In this document: piece by piece, positions 1 to 11,150 of the stretch
How positions within the stretch are numbered: position 1 is the first letter of the stretch
Layout: each line of letters begins with the position of its first letter
NCBI RefSeq assembly: GCF_030028105.1
Contig: NC_092378.1
Span: 19,958,715 to 20,022,714, forward strand
Direction of reading: 5' to 3'
Length of the DNA stretch: 64,000 nucleotides
Source: Mobula birostris
Taxonomy: Eukaryota
The notes under the pieces: generated by a model
Database searches by the model: none
What the model was told of the DNA's origin: nothing
The model's input: the letters and a program-made list of their open reading frames with translations, nothing else
Position numbers and translations under genes: made by a program

Positions 1-1244
1 TAGTTTTCTGTGTCAATTCATGAAGATATAAAGTAACAAAGAGTCAGAATCAGCTTCTATGTATATAATGTAGTCGTTTCCTTGAAATCTGACATCTGGA
101 TTTCAATTTGTTTTAGATGGTCAATTGCCAGATGTTTAGCTAGATTCCTGTTGAATTTCTCTTATAGGAAGAATTAGTTACAGCTCATCTCCATCATTTG
201 AGCCAGAACTGATGTGGATTTCAATCAGGTTTGTTTCTTTCAGCCATTCACTTGGCATTTGTTTCAGGTTGACCCGGTTTTTATGTTAAAGTTCCAATTG
301 TGATGTCTCCCAGTGGCTCATTGGATAAGCATACTAATGGCATTGTGCCACACAGATCGGTCTTTAGATTAAAGTCAGGCCAGGAGTAGAAGCACATTCA
401 TGAATTGCAATATTCCTGGTCTTGAGAGAGGGAAAATCATGCAGAATTACTGCCCAGATCACTATCCAGTGACTTCGGCTGGAAGTTTGCATGCAATGAC
501 AGCAGATCAAGCACCAGTGAGCCCTTTGTGCTTCTTCTTCATACAACAGTCTCGTTCATTATTACAGCACACATTTGAGAAAGCGTCATTATTTCAGGCA
601 GGGGGACTTGTTATACCAATGGAACTAAATTTCAGCCTGACTTAATGACTGAGGGAGAAGAAGAATGTACTTCAATATTCCAAATCTTGATTCCAGCACA
701 AATCTACACCACAAACTATGTAATTAATATGCCTGACAATTAAACCATTATGCTATTGGTCTAATTGTAAAGTATGAAGAAAAAGAAGAAATTCAAATTC
801 ATAAGATGGCAGCTCTAGCAAGGAAGAACAATTATATAACATTAATTTGACCACTATTTAAATATTGTAGGAGCAGCTGCTTAACAAAAGGCCACTCCAG
901 TTAGTAACATTCTATTGAAAATCTGAGAATGTATAAAACACAAGCACAATCAAGAACTCTAAATTCCTTATAATATTTAAATTTGATACAGGGAGTTGGC
1001 AGTCCTGAGTGCAAAAAGAGTTTATGAAATGCAATGTCCCATCGACTTCCCTTTAAGATGCAAAATCTCAAATAAGTAGCAATGTTACAACTTTGATGCC
1101 ATTAATGGGACGTGGAAAATAACCTGCATTGCATATTTTTTCATTTGTGATTCTCATTATGACCAAATAAAACATAACTTTTTTGGTGAAATAAAGGTGG
1201 CTCTATTTTCATCAATTTCCAAAGAATGTTCACTCTGTAATAAG

Positions 1245-2625
1245 ACTGACACCATAAGACACAGGAGCAGATTTAGGCCATTCAGCCCATTGAGTCTGCT
1301 CTTGCCTCTCCATCATGGCTGATTTATTACCCCCTCAACCCCATTCTCCTACCTTCTCCCCATAACCTTTGACACCCTGACAGACCAAGAACCTGTCAAT
1401 CTCTATTTTAAATATATTCATTGACTTGGCCTCCACAGCCGTCTGTGGCAATGAATTCCACAGATTCACAAGCCTTTGGCTAAAGAAATTCCTTCTCATC
1501 TCGGTTCTAAATGTATGTCTGAGGCTGTGCAGTCTGGTCCCAGACTCACCCACTGTAGGAAACGTCTCCACAACCACTCTATCTAAGCCTTTCAATATTT
1601 GATGGGTTTCAATGAGATGATTCCGCGCGCCCCCCCCCATTCTTCCAAACTCCAGCGAGTACAGGCCCAGAGCCATCAAGTGCTCCCCATACGTTAAACT
1701 TTTCATTCCCAGAATCAGTCTTGAGAACCTCCTCTGGACACACTCCAATGCCAGCACATCTTTTCATAGATTAAGGGGCCTAAAATTGTTCACAATACTC
1801 CAAGTGCAGTCTGGTCAATGCCCTATAAAGCATCAGTAACAATCCCTTCTCTTATATTCTCGTCCTCTCAAAATTAATGCTAATATTGCATTTGCCTTCT
1901 TCACTACCGACTCAACTTGCAGTTAACTTTTGGTGAGTCCTGCATGAGAACTCCCAAGTCCTTTGGCACCTTGAATTTTTGAATTATCTGCCAGTTTAGG
2001 AAATAGTGTACCCTTTTGTTGCTTCTACCCAAGTGCATGACCGTATGTTTCATGACAATGTATTCCATATGCCACTTTTCCCATTGTCCTAAATTGTCTC
2101 CTTGCATCCTCAACACTACCTGCCCATCCACCTATCTTTGTATCATCTGCAAACTTGGCCACAAAGTAATTTATTCTGTCATCCAAATTATTGACATAAA
2201 CATAGAAGGAAGCAGTTCCAATATCGATTCCCGCGGAACACCACCAATCATCAGAAACCAACTAGAAAAGGCTCCCTTTATTCCCACTCTTTGCCTCCTG
2301 CCAATTAGCCAATCCCCTATCTATGTAGTATCTTTCCTGTAATGCCATGTGCTCTTATCTTGTTAAGCAGCCTCATGTGCAGCACCTTGTTAAAGGCCTT
2401 CTAAATATCCAAGTACAAAACATCCACTGATTCTCCTTTGTCTATCCAAATTGTTATTTCCGCAAAGAATTCCAACAGATTTGGCAGGCAAAATTTCCCC
2501 TCTTGTTGTATACTGGTTGTCTCATCTTCAGACCTATCACTCTGATTCCCATTTCCCTGCCAAATTAGTTTAAACCCGCCTCAAGGATTTTGTTCTCCTT
2601 CAGTTTAGGTGAAACCTATGCTGAC
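1245..2625 (-). mobile_element. Degraded CR1 LINE (RT and 3' end) with an ORF1/ORF2 junction remnant at ~2505-2625
   Basis: ORF-track 1335..1757, 1904..2131 and 2025..2261 (KFADDTK). A GFHLN*RRT remnant is homologous to the ORF1 motif GLHLNPRGT. Confidence 0.85.
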
Positions 2626-4439
2626 ATATGGCAGTGTTCATGTCGAGTTTGCATGATATTATCCTTCCACGTCACTCAAATACTGAATAAGTGTATACCA
2701 GTTCAGAAATATGTAGTTTAGATTGAAGATATCCATAAAACTAAAGCACAGAGATGCATTGTAAGTTAATTTTAAAATAATTCAATTGATATGATTATGT
2801 GGTAACTTCCTAAATACTGTAATAAATGAGAGTACTGTATTATCTAAAATTAGTTCGTCAATTTGTTTTCTCTTTTCTGGCAACATAGGCATTTGACTTT
2901 TTCAACTATAGAAATAGCATTATTTTAGAACTCCAAAACCCTCTGAGATAAATAGTTAATAATTACAAAGAAAGGCAGAAATTATGGCATAATAAATCTG
3001 TTTATGGAGATCGGACTGTGATAGACTCTGAGTCTGCAGAAGATGCAATAAGATTATACTTGTGCTTTATGGGCTTAGTTATAAAATGACTATGAGGAAA
3101 AGTGATGCAATCACAGTGTTTCAATATTTCAAGACTGAACCCATGAAATGTTAAATTTCAATTAATAGTATGTAAATATTTGTTGAAAGTATGATATCAC
3201 AGTACCTACCTCACTGCACCAAATATCAGTATTCAGTTCAAAAACTAACCTTCAAGATATAAATGGCTTGAACTTAGTCATTAAAAGATCATTGTAGTTG
3301 CTAATGTTCTAATAGTCATATATGCAATTCTGAAAATCTATAATCTTCATTCCAGGTTCACTTTAATTTATAAAATACTGCCATCATTCCTGACAGCTCG
3401 GCAAGATCTATTTTTTACTCACAAGTATTTGGGTTTATTTACAAATCTGTTGAACAAAGTTGTGAGCAGCTTTTATAAGTATCTTTGGTTAATCAAATAC
3501 ATTGTATAAATAAGCACAACTTTACTTTGTAAAATGGGCCTCAAATTGAAATAAAAACAGAGGCACTTATTATTCAAATACTCTTGTTATTTGCAGACCA
3601 GTCTCTTCTCCTTCCTGAACATAAATATAGGAAAACAGTTTCCGGTTAAATCCATTGACAAGAGATTGATGAAGATTCCCGTGTCAAGTTATCTCCATTA
3701 TAAAACTGCTTGCAAACTCTTCAGTACAGGGTTTTAGATTTATTGGAACAGAAAAATATTGATATGTATTTCCATGTAGCTTTTATCATTTGGGTTAACC
3801 CTGGAAAAGCAATATCATTTGGGTGGAATTAATCACAAGAATAGCAATAAATAGCTTTGAAAAAAAGACACCATAGTCAATCCTTTATACACATATGCAG
3901 CTACCGTGTGTCATTTCAAGGACATGGTGCCCTCTGTTCATCTGTTTAATCAGTGCACTTGGTATTCTTCCAGTAACCGAATCTGCTAGTCTGCAGTTTG
4001 TCAAAGACTCAGGTTTCATTGCCATAATATTGCACAAACACTATTAGCAAAGCACTCTGGTAAAATACAGGCTCCATTTTGTTACATTAAAAAATGACAA
4101 AAGTACATTTCCACACTACCCATTTGTCATCTCGCAATGGTTAGCATTAAGATTACTCATTCTCCTCATGAAGAGCCTGCTTTCCAAATTCACTATCTTC
4201 TTCTTAGTTCATAAATTGATATGAAAGCCGAAAAGCGTGCAAATGAATTCCAGAAAGAACCTGAACTTCGCATGGCCCATCTGGAGCAATGTTAATGTGT
4301 TAAAGTCTCCCTCACATAGGCCTCAACTGCTACAGTCCCACTACAACATGAAGGCAAATTTGGGTATGAAGATGAGTAAGGATATTCCAGGTAGTCCATT
4401 TCTCTTGTGCTCCACAGAAAGCTGATCCTTCACCTTATT

Positions 4440-4633
4440 CGGCCAGGCAGCATCTCTAGGAAGAGGTACAGTCTACGTTTCAGGCCGAGACCCTTCATCT
4501 GTCCTGACGAAGGGTCTCGGCCTGAAACGTCGGCTGTACCTCTTCTGAGAGATGCTGCCTGGCCTGCTGCGTTCACCAGCAACTTTGAGTGTATTGCTTG
4601 AATTTCCAGCATCTGCAGAATTCCTCGTGTTTG
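4440..4633. mobile_element. Short fold-back Penelope-type element; hammerhead core at 4504-4531 (+)
   Basis: 4441-4498 is the reverse complement of ~4506-4564. TSD ccttcaccttatt (4427-4439) / ccttcatcttatt (4634-4646). Confidence 0.82.
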
Positions 4634-5317
4634 CCTTCATCTTATTGCCCATTCTGGCACACCTATCAAGGTCTGCAGGTTGCATCTACCATGACTTCTT
4701 GTGGGTGTGCCAACCTAGTAAAGATATTCAAGGCCTTGTCATCATTAACCTTTTGAAAAAGTCTTGTCCCCTTTCCTTTGGTGGCCCTCTCAACACTTCT
4801 CCTCCCACACCTTCATGATCTGCCCATCATCTCCCTCTGGTTCCCTCCCTCCTTCCATTTATTCCACTGCCCTCTCTTATCAGATTTCTTCTTCAGCTCT
4901 TTTCTCTCCCACCTATCACCTCCCAGCTTCTCACATCACCCCCCCCCCCACCCATCCACCTTCCACTCACCTTGTCTCAACTACCACCTGCCCTAATGTA
5001 CTCTGCCGCCTTCCCACCGCCTTCTTATTCTGGCTTCTGCCCCCTTCCTTTCCAGTCCTGATGAAGGGTCTCAGGCCAAAGTATCAGCTGCTTATTTCCC
5101 TCTAGACAGGCTGCCTGAACTGCCGAGTTCCTCCAGCATTTTATGAGTGCTGCTCATGATTTCCAGTATCTTGTAACTCCAGCTTTTCTCTGTCTGGTGC
5201 TGCTAAATGACCTGCCAAGGTCACAATTAATATCTTTAGTGGTTATTGGTGATGGTGTACCATTCCCCCTCACTCTTCTTTATTCAGCCTTTATCATAGG
5301 CAACATGCCAGTCTTTT

Positions 5318-5700
5318 TTTAGATTAGATTATGAGAACACTCAGTCCTCTTTTATTGTCATCTAGAAATGCATACATGCATTAAGAAATTATACAGTGTT
5401 TCTCCAGAGTGATATCACAGAAAACAGGACAACCCAAAGACTAACACTGACAGAACCACATAACTATGACGTATAGTTACAGCAGTGCAAAGCAATCCCA
5501 TAATTTGATGAAGAACAAACCATGGGCACGGTAAATAAAGTCTCAAAAGTCCCCGAGTCGATCGACTCCCGAGTCCCCGATAGCAGGTGGCAAAAGGGAG
5601 AAACTCCCTGCCATAAACCTCCAGCACCGTCAACTTGCCGATGCCTTGGAAGCAGCCGACCACAGCCGACACTGAGTCCATCCGTCCGATCTTCTCCACA
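5318..5700 (-). mobile_element. LINE 3' UTR fragment (probably Rex1/Babar-like) with (aatct)n tail
   Basis: The same 3' end recurs on the + strand at ~30751-30820 (gcatgcatt..aaatgacaataaa..cataatcta). Confidence 0.6.
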
Positions 5701-6613
5701 AGTATCAATGCTTAGTTCCAGTCTTTACCTGGCACCAAGTACACAGTCAACCATAAAAAAGTTAAGGACGCTCATTGTTATTATTTTGCCATCAAAGGAG
5801 ATTCAGCAGGTATAGAACAAAAACAAAAGAAGGATTAAATGATAGGATGAATATAGTAGATTTTAAAAATATCCCCAAAGCTCGTGCAGGTTCAGGCATT
5901 CAAATCAGAGGTTGATAGATCTTTGGACATCAAGGGATGTGGGGGTAGTGCTGCTAAAAGATCAGCCTTGTTCTTAATGAATGCCAGAGCTGGTTTGAAG
6001 AGCCGGAAGGCCACCTGCTTCTGTTTCTTAGATTTTTGATCCAAAATTGGCAGAGCACCTTCACCTTGATGTGGAGCAAATGTAAATCACCCAGTGTGGG
6101 GATGATGGGTGAGAGCTAGGACACGTGCAACAATGTTTTGGATAATTTGATGTTAAAGAAGATGAATGATTCCTGTCTTCCTGTGCAGAGATCAGATCTC
6201 TATTGATATTAATACCCCAGGAATATTTGGCTGAAATAAGAAACCCAGCACTATACGTCCTATACACTTGAATTCCACCCACACACCTCTGAAAAAAGCA
6301 AAATCTGTTCACATTGCCAGAAAGCAAAATTGACTCAGTGTTATCAGGTCAATATAATGAGGTTGTAATGAGTATGTAGAGATAGACTTGCATGAGAATA
6401 ACAGGAGGGGGAATCCGTGGAACAGATTTGATCAGGGATCAGTATGGCTGATACTTTACTTCAAGCTGGATTGACTAAGTCTTATAAAATATTTTTCATT
6501 TCCACCAGTTACTGCCTCTTCTATTTCTCAGTTTCCACCAAAATTGGTGCTGTAAACTTGTCACCAGTTCTAAAATTCTAAATAGTTCTAAAATGGCATG
6601 AGCCAATAGTAAG

Positions 6614-6766
6614 GCACACACACAAAATGCTGGAGGAACTCAGCAGACCGGGCAACATCAATTGTTTACTGTCTTCCATAGATACTGCCTGGCTTACTGA
6701 GTTCCTCCAGCGGTTTGTGTGTGTGTGGCTTTGGATTTCCAGCATCTGCAGATCTTCTCGTGTTTG
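6614..6766. mobile_element. Fold-back Penelope-type mini-element lacking the ribozyme core
   Basis: Perfect TSD caatagtaag (6604-6613, 6767-6776). Same 3' end ...tttccagcatctgcaga..ctcgtgtttg. Confidence 0.8.
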
Positions 6767-7889
6767 CAATAGTAAGCCAAGTGGGTTATTACTACAATAA
6801 ACAGTGTGCACTTCTGCGGTAGTAGATACATCATTTGCATGTCACATTGTTAGAGGTACTGTATATTACACTCTCTGCTGGCTGTCCTTGTGAGATTTAG
6901 GAGATGAAATGACACCACTTCCCACCTGGTCTTCAGGAAGAGGTAAAAATATTTTGATTAATTTAATTGTTGGCTTCGCAATAACCCTGTTCTTATTTTG
7001 TAAAAATATAATTTTAGGTATTTTCATTGAATGCTTTGCAAAGGATGAGTTCTTGTTAATTATCCTCCCTCAACTCTGTAAAATGGATTTTCATTTCAAG
7101 ATGGGACAGTTATGTGGATCCTACATAGTCAAAATAATTTTGCTCGATTCTCCATCAGCTTATTTGGACAATGCCCCAAATTCATACAGTGTGACGTGTC
7201 ATCTTGTGCCTAAGCCCTTATTTTAAAATAATTTTTGTTCATGTCATTCCAGCTGTGAATGGCCTTCAATGCTCAGAAGCAAGTCACAATGTTAAAAGTA
7301 CATCTGGAATATAGTGGTAGATTTGAGCCTAAATATTGTTTCAATACTTTGGATAGAAAAGTGTCTTTGATTGGCTTCAAATTTCAGAAGTAGAATATAG
7401 TGCAAAAATGCTATCATCTTTCACATTAGATGCAGGAATCCTTGGACTGCTTTTGAGGCAGATAGCAAAATCCCTCCAACAGATATTAGTATTAGTTGCT
7501 TTATGCTGAAGCAATGAATTTAATTATATAAATAGGATACAAAATTCAGAGTTTTGATCACAAGCACAGGAGATGGGGTGTTTATTCATGCACTTCTATA
7601 GAACAGTCTTAACCTTCTGGGAGAATTGTGTCCATTTGCCCTCTGACTAAATTCTGTTCTATTTGCCCTCAATCGGTCATAAATGAATATAGATTCTTTA
7701 TTCATAAGCCAACTCAGGTTTCATAGGTGAATTGTCTAAAACAATGCTTTGTGCATGTTTTATTCAGGTGGATTTCCAACTGTGAAGGAAATCTACCATT
7801 AAAAATACCTTTTTATGACAACATAAAATATTCATAACGGTATGTGAGTCTCGAGAAAAATGAGAGGTTGCAAATGTCCAATTGAGTTA

Positions 7890-8328
7890 CTGACTTACTG
7901 TCTGTAAAGTCGCTGATATTTAGGGAAGGCATGAAGATCTTCCACCTCTGTCTGTCTTTGGCAATCTTCTCTAATGTTCTCATTGGGTTCAGGGTCCTCA
8001 TTTCTGCCTCTACAGTATGGCGCTAAGTTGTCTTTGGTCTTCCACATTTCCTCCACCATATCACATTGCACACAGATATAGGAATCTTCATTGCTGCTTC
8101 CGTAACAGTGTTGTTAAACCAGTTAGGATTGTTAACCCTGAGCTGAACCCCTGAACCTGGAAGAACAGTGGACCACTCTTAGTCTGGCCTCTACCCTTTG
8201 ACCTGTTTGGCATGGGTGACCTTACCAAGAGCCAAAACATAAGGCCCTGAATCCAGCCAGCATAGCTCTCCAGACCATTGAGGCATGCAGTTCTCCAAAT
8301 CACGACAGGGTTGTGGCCCTCTTGGATG
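7890..8328 (-). mobile_element. Internally deleted RTE-clade LINE derivative (5' UTR fused to 3' end)
   Basis: Encodes AKDRQRWKIF (RTE ORF C-terminus). The 5' module is shared with 46690-47080 and 59460-59740. Confidence 0.65.
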
Positions 8329-9479
8329 TTATCCAACTGAACAACATTATTATAGTACTTACAAATGGCCCTAACAACTTTCATATTATTTTGGTGATAA
8401 AAAATGATCCATTATATGAAAATTGGTGAATAATTGCTCCATAATGAAATTTCCACAGATAAGGAATGCCCTGCAAAGTCTTTTGGTGGACAGAGTGATT
8501 TTGTCAGCTGTAGATGGTCATTTGTATTTTCCATTTGTTCTAGTGCCCTGGGATATTAGTGGGGGTGAGCCCTATCTGTCAATATGGAATTGTATTAATT
8601 CTAAGTAGGTGGCTTAACGGAGAGAAACAATTAAGAGCACGTGGAAGACAAGGGTCAGTGAAGGGCAGGCCTCAAAGACAGAGTATTGCACTTTTTGTCA
8701 AGCTCAGCATGCCCCATATTGGTGGTCCTGTAAAATCAAAAGTTAACCCTTTACTATAGCCAAATACAGGATATCTGACTTTAATGTCCGTTTTCCATTT
8801 TTTCTTATAATATTTTATCTTCAAATGCACTGAATAAAATTTAGTTGGGTAAATATCAATATATAAGAAATTATAGCAAACAAAATAATTGGTGTGCAAA
8901 ATACCTGATTACTTTACAAAGCCCAACAAAATGGCACTTCCATCTTTTCCCATAATCTTCTAGTGCTCATTATGTCTCCGGTTAAGCTTTAAAATAACAT
9001 TTTCCTCACAAAGTAGTCTAGATCAGGAGATTCATTGTTAACTATTATAATTTTACATTCATTTAACAGTTTTTAAAAGAAAAATAATTTCCCTGAGAAG
9101 TCAAAGTTGAAAAAGATTGTACTCTCAATCATATTATAGCATATCTAACTGCAGCTAACAATTACGTATTAAATATAAAATATTGTATGGCTGAGTACCT
9201 GGGATGCTAGACATTGTCTGGTGTTTCCTTAAAGAGACGTGAAATATTATGATATCAAATGATTGCGTGCAGGCCCCAACCACTAATAGATAGAAATAGC
9301 AAATTATTAATAATAAATTGGACAAAAAATATGAGAGCGTAATTCTCAAGCTGTTAAAACATCTTTCTAAATGTTGCCATAAAACCAGAATATTAATGAG
9401 TCGAGCTGACTTATCATCTCTCTTTTGTACACCATATAACTATAAAAGTACACCAGGCTGACTTACATTTCAACTTGAA

Positions 9480-9975
9480 AAGTGAACTGTCCATCACAGG
9501 CAAAAACCCTCCCCACCGTCAAGTACAATTACATGGAGTGCTGCCACAGGAAAGAAGCATCCATCATCAAATATCTCCACTATCCAGGCTATGCTCTCTT
9601 CACGCTATAGCCATGGGGCAGGAGGTACAGAAGCCCTAGGTCCCACACCAGCAGGTTCAGAAGCAGTTATTAGCCTATAATCATCTGACTTCTGAATCAG
9701 CATGGATAACTTCACTCATCGCTACTCTGAACAGACTGTATGATCTACAGACTCAAATTCAAGGACTCTTTACAATTCGTGTTCGCAGTATTATTTTGAT
9801 TTGCAGTTTCTCTTCTTTTGCACATTGGTTGTTCCTTGGTCTTTGCCTATGCATTTTTTTTGTAAAATTCTATTGTATTTCTGTTCTCCTGTAAATGCCT
9901 GCAAGAAAATGAATCTTCAGGTAACATGTGGTTTTTATATATATACTTTGATAATAAATTTGTTTTGATCTTAGA
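9480..9975 (+). mobile_element. Rex1/Babar-like LINE 3' fragment
   Basis: Resembles the reverse complement of 50600-50760 and ends in ttgataataaatt. Similar pieces at ~43180-43345, ~57330-57720 (-) and ~61590-61680. Confidence 0.7.
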
Positions 9976-10815
9976 ACTTTGGAGTTCAATAAGTATTCTA
10001 AGAAACCTTTCTTGGAATAGGGAATATTGAATTGGTAACTTGTTTCTTCACAAGATTTTCCTCTTATCTTACACCGGAATGATAGATCATGCAAAACAAT
10101 CATTTCCTATATTAGCTCATCGTCATTCTTCGGGACATATTCAGGAAGCTGAAAAGGGAATATTCCTTGGCAGATTGGAAGAACAGAAAAAGATACAGAA
10201 GAGGGAAGAGATGAGAAAGGAATTAGATTTTGACAAGAACATGCCTAACTGTAGAGGTGGAAATTATTATATTTTTATCCCTTTCATTAGTCAGTTTTTC
10301 TGGGTAATTCCCATATGGTCAGTTCATTGATTGCAACTCACATCACTATTCATTTGAACATGGAAAATGTGATGAATTGCAATTTATTCATAACTTTATT
10401 TGTACACTGGATGTGATCTACATAGGGAACAGCAGTACTTATTGGCAATCCTAATTCATAAAATCCTACAGGCCAATTTCCTAAACACATAGTTCTCTTT
10501 TTTTAGGATTTGTTTTATCAACTGTTTTTTGTGATGTCCACCTTTTCATGTGAATATACTGTATGCTTAGTGAGTTAATATAGGCTTTTGATGATTATAT
10601 TCAGTCCTGCATTACAAAAGATATAGGGGCAGAATTAGGCCATTTTGCTCCGTACCAATATCCCGTAAGTACCCATGGCAAATACGGTTCTGCATTTCAT
10701 AAGATATAGGAGCATAAATAGGCCATTTGGCCCATCGAGACAGCTCCCAACAATATCCTATATATTATTAATATTGAATATTATAATGTAAATTCAAAAG
10801 ATATTTTTAAGGACC

Positions 10816-11150
10816 GGCTGGTGGTGCAACGACATTGGCGACGGACCTGGGAGTGGAGGTTCCCGGGTTCGAAACTAGTCGAGTCCACCCCCGAGCACGC
10901 TTTCCATCCGTGCTGGGTTGAGTGTCGAGACTGCAACTTGACCTCGTAAAACAAAGGGAAAATACTGCAAAAAATATCTGTGTGGGGAGTGGCGTGCCAC
11001 ACAGTCTCTCTCTCTGGCTCTGCACCTTGGAAAAAGCCATGAAAAATCCATCATCACAGATGCACGCATGGACACGCAGACGCACACACATAGATGCGCA
11101 CGCACACACAGGTGCACACGCACAGACTTGCACGCATGCGGGCACATGCA
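10816..11150 (+). mobile_element. tRNA-derived SINE of a second family, followed by an alternating purine-pyrimidine (CA/CG) tract; related copy at ~47695-47890
   Basis: A-box tggtgcaacg, B-box gggttcgaaac, shared body gcacgcttt..catccgtgctgggttgagtgtcgag. Confidence 0.65.

Noticed and set aside
10816-10880. tRNA gene
   Set aside because: A and B boxes are present, but there is no convincing cloverleaf and it runs into a SINE body repeated at ~47695; it is a tRNA-derived SINE head.
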